Shown piece after piece: positions 9,963 to 20,176 of a stretch of DNA of 64,000 bases. The DNA lies in contig CAXXFF010000003.1 of the NCBI GenBank assembly GCA_963676835.2, forward strand, positions 640,001-704,000, given 5' to 3'. Origin of the DNA: Marispirochaeta sp. (GTDB lineage Bacteria > Spirochaetota > Spirochaetia > JC444 > Marispirochaetaceae). The translations under genes and the position numbers were made by a program. How positions within the stretch are numbered: position 1 is the first letter of the stretch; the number at the start of each line of letters is the position of its first letter. A model generated the notes under the pieces. It did not search any database, was not told where the DNA came from, and saw only the letters and a program-made list of their open reading frames with translations.

Positions 9963-10331
9963 CTATTCCAGGACAGTAAAACGACCCCACATGCCCATGG
10001 CACGGTGGTTTCCAACGCTGCAATAGAACTCAAAACTGCCGGCAGTGTCTGCGGAAAATTCAACAGTCTGCGATTTTCCACCAGGCATTTTTGCTGTGGC
10101 AGCACCAAATTCATCCAGAACCCAGTCGTGAAACCCGCCGCCATTTTCATAGGTCAGCCGGACAGTATCACCTTTTTTGACTACAATCTCTGCTGGAATA
10201 AAGGTAAAACCCTGGTTTGTGACCTTTATCTCTTTTATACCTGGGCCATCAGCAGAGAGATCAACCTTTTCCTGTGCAGCAAGGGGCATGAGCATTGTAA
10301 TCAGCAATGCAAAAGTAACTAATGTTTTCAT
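9963..10331 (-). CDS. Exported cupredoxin (plastocyanin/azurin-like) protein
   Basis: Start re-assigned to ATG 10331 (MKTLVTFALL signal peptide); copper ligands H(DW)...YCSVGNHRAMGM. Confidence 0.88.
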   Translation of the reverse strand: MKTLVTFALLITMLMPLAAQEKVDLSADGPGIKEIKVTNQGFTFIPAEIVVKKGDTVRLTYENGGGFHDWVLDEFGAATAKMPGGKSQTVEFSADTAGSFEFYCSVGNHRAMGMWGRFTVLE

Positions 10332-10362
10332 AGGTATAAATTCTCTATCATGACTATATTTG

Positions 10363-10851
10363 TCAAGTTTTTCTCGCCATAAGAAGCAGCATAGCCCCGG
10401 TTCCAGCCGCAGCCGCCACCAGATACTGGTAGATAAAGAGTACCGGGACCAGACCTGACAGAATACCTGCTGCAATCTGCACAATTCCACCCGCAACCAG
10501 CAGGCGGGGCGACCACCACAGCGCATTCAGAATAAACGCAGTTCCCATGAGTATCAGCCAGAAGGGGCCAAGATAGCTGATGAGAATCATTACAGGCGTC
10601 CATTTAAATACAAGGAAAGAAAGCCCCATACCCACAGCAAGAACAAAAAGCCAGAGCAGCATAATTTTACGCATCTTAGGAGACTTCATAGGCATATACA
10701 TCACCATGGGGATTATTCCTGCAATGGTCAGTACCAGCCACACCCAGTTAACCCTCGGATCAGGCCAGAAATGCGTAATCAGCCATCCGGAAAGTTCAAC
10801 CAAGGCCCAGACAAAAAAAACTATACGCGGTTTGGTCCAGAAATGTTTCAT
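10363..10851 (-). CDS. Hypothetical integral membrane protein
   Basis: 162 aa with about 6 hydrophobic segments; co-oriented upstream of the cupredoxin gene. Confidence 0.7.
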   Translation of the reverse strand: MKHFWTKPRIVFFVWALVELSGWLITHFWPDPRVNWVWLVLTIAGIIPMVMYMPMKSPKMRKIMLLWLFVLAVGMGLSFLVFKWTPVMILISYLGPFWLILMGTAFILNALWWSPRLLVAGGIVQIAAGILSGLVPVLFIYQYLVAAAAGTGAMLLLMARKT

Positions 10852-10906
10852 ACTTTGAATATACTAAACTTTTATACTCAGGTTTAACTTACTTGCGTTA
10901 CTCCCG

Positions 10907-11776
10907 GTGATTGACTATATTAGGCCAATGATATCCCTTGGAGTCCCCCTCACCGGGACGGTAAAAAGCATCGGTAGCGGAACCTGTATACTCACAGTAG
11001 AGGGAACCGATGTTCCCATGAATATCTGGGAGCTCCCGCCTAAGAGCAAGCCCGGTAAAGAGTTTACTGTATTTGTCTACAATGATGCCAAAGAGAGCTA
11101 CAAAGCAACACGGCAGACACCCCTGGCAGGGTTGAATGAGTTTGCCGTTCTTACAGTAAAAGAGGTTAAGCCCTGGGGAGCTTTCCTCGAATGGGGTATT
11201 CCCAAAGACCTGTTTCTGCCGGAACGGGAAATGTCCGGTCCAATCAATCCCGGACAGAAGGTTATTATACGGGTTGTCCTGGACCATGAGAAAACAGGCC
11301 TTATTGCCACTTCAAAACTTGATTCTCACTTTAACTATGAGACTTCAACGCTTAATACCGGGGATGAGGTTGAAATGCTGGTCTTTGCCAGCACAAAACT
11401 CGGCTATCCAGTACTAGTGAATAACCAATACCGGGGAATGCTTTACCGGAATGAAGTCTTCACAAACCTCGATTTGGGACAGAAGGTTACGGGAATAATA
11501 AAAAATATCCGCGAAGACGGCCGGCTGGACTGCTCCCTGCAGCAGGTTGGTTTTGTTCCGGCTATGGAAGATGCAAAAGAGACCTTGCTGAATACCCTCG
11601 ACTCCTTTAACGGCTTTCTTCCTCTTACCGACAAGAGCAGCCCCGATGAAATAGCCTCCATCCTCTCCATGAGCAAGAAGAATTTCAAAAAAGCCCTGGG
11701 GATTCTCTACAAGGAAAGAGTGGTCCGAATAGACAAAGATGGAATCCGGCTGGCAAAAAAGAGAAGGCAGAAATAA
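10907..11776 (+). CDS. cvfB: CvfB/YitL family S1-domain RNA-binding protein
   Basis: GAFLEWGIPKDLFLP, REDGRLD, LTDKSSPDEI, MSKKNFKKALGILYK. Confidence 0.9.
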   Translation: MIDYIRPMISLGVPLTGTVKSIGSGTCILTVEGTDVPMNIWELPPKSKPGKEFTVFVYNDAKESYKATRQTPLAGLNEFAVLTVKEVKPWGAFLEWGIPKDLFLPEREMSGPINPGQKVIIRVVLDHEKTGLIATSKLDSHFNYETSTLNTGDEVEMLVFASTKLGYPVLVNNQYRGMLYRNEVFTNLDLGQKVTGIIKNIREDGRLDCSLQQVGFVPAMEDAKETLLNTLDSFNGFLPLTDKSSPDEIASILSMSKKNFKKALGILYKERVVRIDKDGIRLAKKRRQK

Positions 11777-11831
11777 ATATTTTCCGCCCCATTGAAATTA
11801 CGACTGAAATGCTTACAATTACTGGTGTGGT

Positions 11832-13967
11832 TTGGACATGAAACTTCATAAAACAGGGCTGGTTGCTTTTTACCTGTTGCTCATCCTTACAGTAGTATTA
11901 CCCGTCTACCCCGATGCCCCTCAGCAAACAATATTAATCCTTAACTCATATCACAGTGGATACCCCTGGTCCGATTCCATTGTACAGGGAATAAAATCAG
12001 TAATTCCCCCGGAGATACAGATTTCCATAGAGTATATGGATACCAAGCGCTTCAGTTATGCAAGGATGGAACCTCATATTCATGATTTTCTCCATGAGAA
12101 ATACCGGGAGAAACTGCCTGCCGGTATAATTTCCACCGACGATAATGCTCTCACTTTTTTGCTGGCACATCATGAGGATATTTTCCCCAATGTACCGCTT
12201 GTTTTCTGCGGTGTAAATCAGACACCTCCGGATCTTCACCTCCACCGTGACCATACCACCGGTCTTTTTGAAAACAATGAACACAGGGAAACCCTGCTCA
12301 CCGCACTCAAACTTCTTCCCAGGACAAAGAAAATCTACTTTATTAATGACAATACTGTCAGTGGAACAGTACAGTACAATAAAATACGGGCCATTGCAGA
12401 GGCAGACCTTACCGGATTAGAAACTGTTTTCTTAAATGAAGACAGGAGAATTAATCTTGAACGAATATATACTGCCCTGAAGAATGCACCTCCTGACAGT
12501 ATGGTCTACTTTGCCGACCTGAATATAGATGACCGTGAAAACACCATTGATTACCAGGTTGTTCTGCCGGAACTCACCAGCGCCTATTCTCCCCCTGTCT
12601 TCGCCTCCATTGACACTTATCTTCCCTACGGAATAGTCGGCGGGAAAGTTACCTCCGGCTTTCATCAGGGAGAGCTTGCCGCCAAAATGGTGCTGGAAAC
12701 CCTTAATGGAAAACCGCCAGGGGAAATTTCCATTGAAAGTACCCTGCCCAACAGATACATATTCAATGCAAAACAGCTGAAGCGCTTCGGGATTTCCCGT
12801 GACAGCCTTCCCGCAAATAGCATCCTTATCAATAATGAGCCCTCTGTATTTATTCAGGCCCTTGGCTGGATTCTTCCCGTACTGCTGATGGCTCTTTTTT
12901 TCTTTATTCTTGCATCAGCACTTCTATTCAATATGTACAGGAGGAGAAAAGCGGAAAAGGCCCTGGCCTATGAACAGATGCTCATTAAATCCATGCTCGA
13001 TAATATTCCCGATCATATCTACTTCAAGGATGAAAAGAGCAGGTATCTTAAAATCAATGCAGCCATGGCACGGTATTTCGGCTTGCAAAATCCGGAGGAT
13101 GCAGAAGGATTAAGCAACAAAGATTTCCTTCCCGGGGACTATGCTGTTTTCATGCAGGAAACCGAGAAGAAAATTTTTGAGTCGGGCCATCCTGTAACAA
13201 TAGAGGAAGCATCCTTCACGGCGATAGGAAAGCCGCTCCGCTGGGAGTCCAATATAAAAATTCCCCTTATTAACGAAAAGGGAGAAACCATTGGAACAAT
13301 GGGAGTATCAAGGGATATTTCACAGCAGAAGACGATTAAAGAGGAGCTTGAAAAGTCACTTCACGAAAAGGAAGTGCTCCTCCGTGAGATACACCACAGG
13401 GTAAAGAACAATCTCACCATGATTGTAAGCCTGATCAGCCTGCAGGAAGGTGATATAGAAGATCCCCATACCGTGTCGTTCTATGCTTCCTTAAGAAACC
13501 GTATTCACTCCATTTCATTGATTCATGAAAGAATTTACCGGAGCAGTGATTTTACCCGGATAAATATCAAAGAATATATCGAGGACCTGTCGCAATCCAT
13601 TGCTGCTGCCTTCGGCAGTCAGTATTCCGACCTTACCATCGATATTGATGCTGATGAAACATCCCTGGTTCTGGAAAAGGCTATTCCCGCAGGGATTATT
13701 CTGAACGAGCTTATAACCAACTCCCTTAAGCATGGCATGAACAATGATGGGAAAAACATCCTTGCCATAGCATCACATAAAGAAGGGAACCTACTGATAA
13801 TAACTGTCCGCGATATGGGGAGCGGTTTTCCGGAATCATTCAAGCCGGAACAATCCAGCTCCCTGGGATTCAGACTTATACAGGCGCTGACTGCTCAACT
13901 GGATGGAACATTTATATGGAGCAACAGCGAGGGTGCAGAGAGCCGTATATCATTTCCCCTGGATTGA
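11832..13967 (+). CDS. Sensor histidine kinase (periplasmic substrate-binding-like domain, TM, PAS, HisKA_2/HATPase)
   Basis: LILNSYHSGYPW sensor start; PDHIYFKD PAS; EIHHRVKNNL; NELITNSLKHG; SLGFRLI. Confidence 0.9.
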   Translation: MDMKLHKTGLVAFYLLLILTVVLPVYPDAPQQTILILNSYHSGYPWSDSIVQGIKSVIPPEIQISIEYMDTKRFSYARMEPHIHDFLHEKYREKLPAGIISTDDNALTFLLAHHEDIFPNVPLVFCGVNQTPPDLHLHRDHTTGLFENNEHRETLLTALKLLPRTKKIYFINDNTVSGTVQYNKIRAIAEADLTGLETVFLNEDRRINLERIYTALKNAPPDSMVYFADLNIDDRENTIDYQVVLPELTSAYSPPVFASIDTYLPYGIVGGKVTSGFHQGELAAKMVLETLNGKPPGEISIESTLPNRYIFNAKQLKRFGISRDSLPANSILINNEPSVFIQALGWILPVLLMALFFFILASALLFNMYRRRKAEKALAYEQMLIKSMLDNIPDHIYFKDEKSRYLKINAAMARYFGLQNPEDAEGLSNKDFLPGDYAVFMQETEKKIFESGHPVTIEEASFTAIGKPLRWESNIKIPLINEKGETIGTMGVSRDISQQKTIKEELEKSLHEKEVLLREIHHRVKNNLTMIVSLISLQEGDIEDPHTVSFYASLRNRIHSISLIHERIYRSSDFTRINIKEYIEDLSQSIAAAFGSQYSDLTIDIDADETSLVLEKAIPAGIILNELITNSLKHGMNNDGKNILAIASHKEGNLLIITVRDMGSGFPESFKPEQSSSLGFRLIQALTAQLDGTFIWSNSEGAESRISFPLD

Positions 13968-13978
13968 CGGAACAACAG

Positions 13979-14554
13979 TTAGTAAGATGCAGTTCCGTCA
14001 AGGATCAAGTCTGCACAGAGCTGCGGATTATGTAATGAGAAATAGTTTTCCTCCCAGGGAATCCATTCAGTCTGCCATTTTTCCTGCTTCCACGCTGGAT
14101 CCCTGCGCAGGATGCGTTTGAGACGTTCATCAGACGGAATAGTTATAAACAGTTTATAGCTGTAATAGTCCCGCAGTTCTTTCCGCAGGGAGGAAACTCC
14201 CTCAACTACAACCAGCCCGGAAAGGTTATAGGACCGCTCGCTGCCGTAACTGCCGGCAGCGCAGTCAAAAGGAGCGCTGTCTACATTGGAACTTCCGAGG
14301 TTTTTCAGTATTTCAGCTTCCAGCCTCTCCCATTCGATATTTCCCATTGGTTCAGCAAGGCGTGACTCAGACCGCTTCTCAAAGGGCAGGAAGAAATCAT
14401 CCACATGGATAACTTCCGCCGGAAGCTCCGCTGCTATTCGTTCTGCCAGAGTTGTTTTTCCTGAAGTTCCCGGACCATCAATTGCAAGGCAAAAAGGCTC
14501 TTCTTTACGGGAGGCGAGGTATTCAATTAGTTGATCTGCCGATTTCACAGCCAT
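13979..14554 (-). CDS. Uridine kinase-like P-loop nucleoside kinase
   Basis: IDGPGTSGKTT, HVDDFF, VVEGV, RILRRD, WIPWEENYF. Confidence 0.8.
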   Translation of the reverse strand: MAVKSADQLIEYLASRKEEPFCLAIDGPGTSGKTTLAERIAAELPAEVIHVDDFFLPFEKRSESRLAEPMGNIEWERLEAEILKNLGSSNVDSAPFDCAAGSYGSERSYNLSGLVVVEGVSSLRKELRDYYSYKLFITIPSDERLKRILRRDPAWKQEKWQTEWIPWEENYFSLHNPQLCADLILDGTASY

Positions 14555-14628
14555 ACAGTACCGCTACACCCCACGTATTGTAAAGCGCATGGCTGTGGTA
14601 CTACTATGAAGATCAGAAAGAGGTATGC

Positions 14629-16284
14629 ATGACAAAAGCATGGTGGAAGGAAGCAGTTGTCTACCAGATTTACTGCCGCAGCTTTATGGATTCCAACGGG
14701 GACGGAATCGGTGATATCCCGGGAATAATAAGCAAACTTGATTACCTGAAAAACCTGGGAGTTGATACCATCTGGCTTAACCCGATATACAACTCTCCCA
14801 ATGATGATAACGGCTACGATATCAGCGATTACCGAAATATAATGGACGAATTCGGTACCATGGGGGATTTCGACATTCTCCTTGAAAAAGTTCACTCTCA
14901 TGGTATGCGGCTTATAATGGATCTTGTGGTGAACCATACCTCCGATGAACACCCATGGTTTGCAGAAAGCCGCTCTTCCGCTGACAATCCCAAAAGGGAT
15001 TACTATATCTGGCAGCCTGGAAAAGATGGAGAAATTCCCAACAACTGGAACAGTTTTTTTGAGGGCCCCGCCTGGGAACTGGACAGTGCAACTGGCGAAT
15101 ATTACCTGCATCTCTTTACCCGTAAACAACCGGATCTCAACTGGGACAATCCGGCAGTACGCAGGGAAGTAAGGGAGATTATACAGTTCTGGATGAAAAA
15201 AGGCATAGACGGCTTCCGCATGGATGTAATTAACCTTATATCCAAAACTCCCGGGCTGCCTGACGGCACCGATCCCCACAACATTCGCGGCCATGAATAT
15301 TTCGCCAACGGACCGAAGATTGACGAGTACCTGAGCTGGGTACAGAAAAGCCTTGAAGGCTATAACGCCATGACCGTAGGAGAAACGGTCTGCGCAGATC
15401 TGGATACCGTATCCCGCTATGTGGACGAGGAGACGGGATTTCTCAATATGGCGATCAACTTTGAACATGTCAGCATCGACCGGAACCTTGGACCCTTTGA
15501 CGAGATTCCTCTGGAAATCCCCAGACTTAAACGCTGTCTCTCATCATGGCAGGAAAAACTGGACGGCAGGGGCTGGAACTGTCTCTATATGAGCAACCAC
15601 GACCAGCCGAGACAGGTCTCCCGCTACGGCAGGGATGATAAATATCACCGGGAATCGGCAACCCTCCTGGCAACTCTGCTCCATACCCTTCAGGGGACAC
15701 CATTTATAATGCAGGGAGAAGAGCTGGGCATGACCAACGTCTCCTTTGCCTCTATCGAAGAATACAGAGATGTAGCCACCCTGAACTATTATAGAGAATC
15801 CATCCAGAATGGTGATGCACCGGAAGATGTGTTGAAGCGTGTCAACCGCTGCAGCCGGGATAACGCCCGCACCCCCATGCAGTGGACCAGCGAGACCAAC
15901 GGCGGATTTACCACCGGCACTCCCTGGATCGGACTTAACCCGAACTACACCCAGATAAACGCCCGTGATCAGGAGTGTAATCCGGATTCTGTTCTTAACT
16001 ACTACCGCAGGCTCATAAATCTGAGACGGAAACATGCTGTTATGGTGTATGGAAATTTCAGAGAGATAGATCCGCCGCATCCGCAGGTTTATGCATACCG
16101 GCGCCTTTATAACGGCAGTGAACTAACGGTAGTTCTGAACATGTCCGATACCGGGACAGAGTTTCAGCTGCATGAGACACAAAAGCAGCAGGATCTTCTT
16201 ATCGGGAACTATGCCGACAGTCCAGAGTACAGAGCGTCCATACAGCTGAGACCCTGGGAAGCTTCAGTCTGGATCAGTCTCTGA
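14629..16284 (+). CDS. GH13 alpha-glucosidase / oligo-1,6-glucosidase
   Basis: WWKEAVVYQIY, DSNGDGIGD, DLVVNHTSDEH, QPDLNW, GFRMDV, NHDQPR, RDNARTPMQW. Confidence 0.95.
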   Translation: MTKAWWKEAVVYQIYCRSFMDSNGDGIGDIPGIISKLDYLKNLGVDTIWLNPIYNSPNDDNGYDISDYRNIMDEFGTMGDFDILLEKVHSHGMRLIMDLVVNHTSDEHPWFAESRSSADNPKRDYYIWQPGKDGEIPNNWNSFFEGPAWELDSATGEYYLHLFTRKQPDLNWDNPAVRREVREIIQFWMKKGIDGFRMDVINLISKTPGLPDGTDPHNIRGHEYFANGPKIDEYLSWVQKSLEGYNAMTVGETVCADLDTVSRYVDEETGFLNMAINFEHVSIDRNLGPFDEIPLEIPRLKRCLSSWQEKLDGRGWNCLYMSNHDQPRQVSRYGRDDKYHRESATLLATLLHTLQGTPFIMQGEELGMTNVSFASIEEYRDVATLNYYRESIQNGDAPEDVLKRVNRCSRDNARTPMQWTSETNGGFTTGTPWIGLNPNYTQINARDQECNPDSVLNYYRRLINLRRKHAVMVYGNFREIDPPHPQVYAYRRLYNGSELTVVLNMSDTGTEFQLHETQKQQDLLIGNYADSPEYRASIQLRPWEASVWISL

Positions 16285-16617
16285 TTCTCCCCAGGTAGTG
16301 GCGTTCAGGGCATCAAATCCCGGAGTAGCCATGGCATCATCAAAACTGATAAATCGGTAGCCCACACACTTTGTATCATCCAGGGCATAGTAGTTGGTTC
16401 CGTCCACCGCGTAAAGCCAGCGGCCTTCGCTGCCCTCCTGACTTTCGAGAATGCGAAAGGTAAAGGGAGAGGACTCGGTGGGAAGCCGGAAATCGGCACT
16501 GGTAAGCATAAGCCGCAGGTTACCGCCCAGGGGAGTAAAGAACACTGCCCCGAGGGAGAAAAAAAGTACCGCTGCTGCTATTTGAAGAGAAATCTTAAGA
16601 ATCCGTCTGATATTCAT
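16264..16617 (-). CDS. Hypothetical protein with N-terminal hydrophobic anchor
   Basis: 117-aa ORF filling the gap between neighbours; no family recognised. Confidence 0.55.
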   Translation of the reverse strand: MNIRRILKISLQIAAAVLFFSLGAVFFTPLGGNLRLMLTSADFRLPTESSPFTFRILESQEGSEGRWLYAVDGTNYYALDDTKCVGYRFISFDDAMATPGFDALNATTWGESETDPD

Positions 16618-16706
16618 TGCTTAACCTGCCGGGTAAAATCTACAGAAAAAACCCCGGACTGAAAAGTACCATTTACCCCCGTCCTCTCTGCAGGTAGACT
16701 GTAACC

Positions 16707-17429
16707 ATGCCTCATAAGAGTCTGGAATGGCTGCTGTCCCGGCAGACAAAAACAGTACAAAAAGACCCCCGCTTTGCCCTGCTTGAGAAGTATCTCCACC
16801 AGGACCTTCAACTTAAAGGCGTAAAGCTCGGTAAGCGTGAATACAGGCTTATGAGCAAAGGGGTGATACAACCGAAGCATGTCTCCAATTTTATACAAAC
16901 CTACCGCATGCCCCGGCATCCCTTTTTCCTGCTCTTTTTCGAATTGAAACAGGATGAAGCTCTGCAAAAGGAGATCAGAAAATCCTCAAAGAAAGACTTT
17001 ATCCTGAAACAGCTTAAAGAGCTTCCCGGGGATGTACGCAACTATCTTTCTGCTCTGGCAAAAATAGAACAGAATATTAACCATGCAGGAAAGAATCCTG
17101 TCTGGAACAGAATAATGGTTCCCTCTACAAAAAAGGCCGCCATGGAATACCGCAATTTCAGCCTTGCAGACTGGGAATCCTTAACAGAACGCTTCGGGCG
17201 ACAGATATCTGTGAGATATCCCGGCGTTCCTGAAGATAGCTGGAAAAAGATGTTCAGTGCTTTTTTACTCGGATACCTGCCTGAGCCGGGGCTGATTCTG
17301 CCTGCAGACCCGGAAGAGATTCGCCGTCAGTACCGCAGGATGTCCCTGGAGTGTCATCCCGATACCGGGGGAAATGAAGTAATTTTCAGAATGCTGAAAG
17401 ATGCCCGGGATAGCCTGCTGGAATCCTAG
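16707..17429 (+). CDS. Protein with C-terminal J-domain (DnaJ-like)
   Basis: EIRRQYRRMSLECHPDTGG...FRMLKDARDSL (HPD motif). Confidence 0.75.
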   Translation: MPHKSLEWLLSRQTKTVQKDPRFALLEKYLHQDLQLKGVKLGKREYRLMSKGVIQPKHVSNFIQTYRMPRHPFFLLFFELKQDEALQKEIRKSSKKDFILKQLKELPGDVRNYLSALAKIEQNINHAGKNPVWNRIMVPSTKKAAMEYRNFSLADWESLTERFGRQISVRYPGVPEDSWKKMFSAFLLGYLPEPGLILPADPEEIRRQYRRMSLECHPDTGGNEVIFRMLKDARDSLLES

Positions 17430-17459
17430 GCTTTTTGCCTGTTTGCCTTTGACTTACAA

Positions 17460-17495
17460 CTCTGCAACTCTGCAGCTCTGCAGCACTGCAGCTCT
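17460..17495. repeat. Short tandem repeat, about 4.5 x CTCTGCAG (imperfect)
   Basis: ctctgcaa ctctgcag ctctgcag cactgcag ctct between convergent genes. Confidence 0.6.
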
Positions 17496-17509
17496 CCCGG
17501 GTTAAGCCT

Positions 17510-18337
17510 TTACATAGCCCGTTTAATTACCCAGTCGAAGATACGGTCCGGAAGTAAGGAACGGAGAAATATTGAAGGCTTTGCCATGAAACCGACGGCA
17601 TACCGGGTTTTCGGTCTGCGGGCCTTCAGGGATTTTGCTATTGTCCCGGCAATGAGTTCGGGCTGAGACAAGCCTTTTCCCCGGTACATCTTCTCTATAC
17701 GGTCTGCAGCAGCCAGAGCCTGCTTTTCGTAGGCACCACCGGTGGATGTCTTTCTCAAGTTTTCCGCAGCGATAATGCCCCAGTCGGTTTTTATTCCACC
17801 GGGCTCAATAATGATTACATCGATGCCAAAGGGTGCAGTTTCAAGACGCAGGGAATCGGAAAGACCTTCAAGGGCATGCTTGGTAGCATGATACCAGCCG
17901 CCGAAGGGGGTATAAATCTTTCCCCCCATGGAAGAGATGTTTACGATTTTTCCCCAGGATTGGTGCCGCATGGAAGGAAGAACCAGCTGGGAAAGCCGGG
18001 CAAGGCCGAAAATATTTACCTCAAACTGACGCCGGGCTTCCTGTACCGGGACATCTTCCAGCGCCCCGTAAGAGCCGTAACCTGCGTTGTTGATCAGTAT
18101 GTCGATGGAGCCTTCATTTTTTATAATAGCATCTACACCGGACTGCATTGATCCGTCGTCTGTTACATCCATGGCAAGAACCTCGGCTCCGCCGGATGAA
18201 AGCTCCTGCATCAATTCAAGCCTGCGCGCAGCGGCATACACTTTTACGCCCTCTTGAAGAAGATCTCTGACCACTGCCTTGCCAATCCCTGATGATGCTC
18301 CAGTTACAAGGGCTGTTTTTCCGGAAAGTCCTGCCAC
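17510..18337 (-). CDS. Short-chain dehydrogenase/reductase
   Basis: TGASSGIG, NNAG, YHATK (YxxxK), IEPG. Confidence 0.93.
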   Translation of the reverse strand: MAGLSGKTALVTGASSGIGKAVVRDLLQEGVKVYAAARRLELMQELSSGGAEVLAMDVTDDGSMQSGVDAIIKNEGSIDILINNAGYGSYGALEDVPVQEARRQFEVNIFGLARLSQLVLPSMRHQSWGKIVNISSMGGKIYTPFGGWYHATKHALEGLSDSLRLETAPFGIDVIIIEPGGIKTDWGIIAAENLRKTSTGGAYEKQALAAADRIEKMYRGKGLSQPELIAGTIAKSLKARRPKTRYAVGFMAKPSIFLRSLLPDRIFDWVIKRAM

Positions 18338-18394
18338 AAGCGCCTCCTATACTTCATAGAAAATAGTGATCATGGCAGGAACAGTCAAAACTAA

Positions 18395-19057
18395 TTATCC
18401 CCGGGCTTTTACCAGAGCATTTTCCACGGCAGACATTATCCCGTGACAGCTGGCAGTTGCTCCGCTGACGGTATCAACATCTGTACTCTGGGCAGTAATA
18501 ATGCGATCGGGCATCAGATCATCCACACGGACAAACCAGCGCAGTGTTTCAGAATGGGAAACATAACTGATATCGGTAATTTCACCCCCGGCTACGGTAA
18601 CCGATACAGTAAGGCCGGGAGCGTATCCATCTGCAGTTCCGGTGTATGTACCGTCTGTAAGCTGCATACCGGTGAAATCAATCCCCTGGGGAATTGTTGC
18701 ATTGGACATATGATGCCCTCTGGCCCAGGTGCTGTAGGAGAACTGAAGAAGTACAGCAACACCGAGCACAGTAACAATCTGTGACGGAATACGCTTACGG
18801 GAAAACAGTTTCCTGAGTCTTTCCGGAATCATTTTAACTGTGGTGTTAACCAGCCATTTTGCATGAAGCACAGTGTGCAGCGCTGCCAGTACTACCAGCG
18901 CAATTCCGGACCAGTCGTGAAGAAGCGCCACGGTTAAATAGGTGGAATCGGTCATTAGAATATTGAGTTCCGGAAACTTTATAATTCCGGTTATTCCACA
19001 GATCAGCAGGGAAACCAGCATTCCCATATCTACAATATAATTAACGGTTCTTTTCAT
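18395..19057 (-). CDS. DUF4405-type membrane domain fused to an FMN-binding (flavinylation) domain
   Basis: LHDWSG...LHTVLH heme-b-like His pair; DGTYTG...VDTVSGAT flavinylation motif. Confidence 0.8.
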   Translation of the reverse strand: MKRTVNYIVDMGMLVSLLICGITGIIKFPELNILMTDSTYLTVALLHDWSGIALVVLAALHTVLHAKWLVNTTVKMIPERLRKLFSRKRIPSQIVTVLGVAVLLQFSYSTWARGHHMSNATIPQGIDFTGMQLTDGTYTGTADGYAPGLTVSVTVAGGEITDISYVSHSETLRWFVRVDDLMPDRIITAQSTDVDTVSGATASCHGIMSAVENALVKARG

Positions 19058-19077
19058 GGAATCCTCCCGATGAACAT

Positions 19078-19332
19078 TTACAATCTGAATATGGCACGAT
19101 TCTGTAAAGCGATTGTGAAGAAAATATGGAGATTATGTGAAGCTAAAACAGCAGCTGCATCTTCCGGGTTGCCCGTAACAGGGATAACCAGGGGGACTGC
19201 ATCTACAGCCTCAAGGGCGTCTATATAATCACGGCTGAGAGATACCAGCTCCATTCCGGGAATTACGAATTTTTCAGGCAGAATTGTACCGCTGGAAAGA
19301 CCAATAACCGGTCTTTTCTTGTTAGTACTCAT
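19078..19332 (-). pseudogene. 5' fragment of a peptidase C26 / gamma-glutamyl-GABA hydrolase family gene
   Basis: From ATG 19332: KRPVIGLS...DYIDALEAVDAVPLVIP; similarity ends after about 60 aa, before the GGxD and GICRG motifs. Confidence 0.7.
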
Positions 19333-19337
19333 TAAAT

Positions 19338-20108
19338 TTACTCCGAAAATTTTTCCGTAAAGCTGTTGCAGACACGGTTGCGGCCGCCCTCTTTTGCAGC
19401 ATAAAGACATTTATCCGCAACACTGTAAAGCTCTTTACTGCTTAAGGCAGTGGTACTGTCCATCATGCAGTAGCCGATGGAGACTGTTAAGGCAACCGGT
19501 TCAGGGGAGGTATTGAAATTGAACCGAAGGTTTTCTATATGCTCACGGATTCGCTCGCACACCTGTAAAGCCGATTCACGGTCTGTCTCCACCAGCAGGA
19601 GAGCAAACTCCTCTCCTCCGATACGCCCTACCATATCCACAATGCGAAGCTCTTCACGGAGAACATCAGCAACCTTTCTGATAACATCATCACCTGCCAG
19701 ATGGCCGTAGTTGTCGTTTATTGCCTTGAAGTAGTCGAGATCCATCATGACAAATGCCATACTGTGCCCGTATCTTCTGCTGCGCAGAATTTCCGCTTCC
19801 AGGCCTTCAAAGAATGCCCCCCTGTTCAGCAAGCCCGTGAGGCTGTCCATGCGGCTTAAGAGGGTGATTTTCTCAAGGGCTTCTTCAAGCTGGCGGTTTG
19901 CAGATCCTAAAAGATTTCTGTTTTTCCAGATGCTGCGGTAAAAAAGGTAGGACATGGGCATACCTATGGCTATAGGCTTATAAATACTGTCAGCATAAAA
20001 AACCCCGTCAAAAAGTTGACTCCAGCCTGCAGAAAAGGCCGCGCCAAGTATTCCCACAAGGAGGGAGACCTGCCATGGTTTTATTCTATCTACAAAAGGT
20101 CGGTCCAT
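19338..20108 (-). CDS. Membrane-associated diguanylate cyclase
   Basis: Two TM helices; DSLTGLLNR, DLDYFKAINDNYGHLAGD, RxxD I-site (RIVD), RIGGEEF. Confidence 0.92.
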   Translation of the reverse strand: MDRPFVDRIKPWQVSLLVGILGAAFSAGWSQLFDGVFYADSIYKPIAIGMPMSYLFYRSIWKNRNLLGSANRQLEEALEKITLLSRMDSLTGLLNRGAFFEGLEAEILRSRRYGHSMAFVMMDLDYFKAINDNYGHLAGDDVIRKVADVLREELRIVDMVGRIGGEEFALLLVETDRESALQVCERIREHIENLRFNFNTSPEPVALTVSIGYCMMDSTTALSSKELYSVADKCLYAAKEGGRNRVCNSFTEKFSE

Positions 20109-20176
20109 CTGACCCCAGATACTGCCATCTTTTGAGAACTTTTACCAGTAGCAGGTGCACTCCAATTCCCGTAATA

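Noticed and set aside
14545..15468. 307-aa minus-strand ORF
   Set aside because: Antisense to the well-supported GH13 gene.
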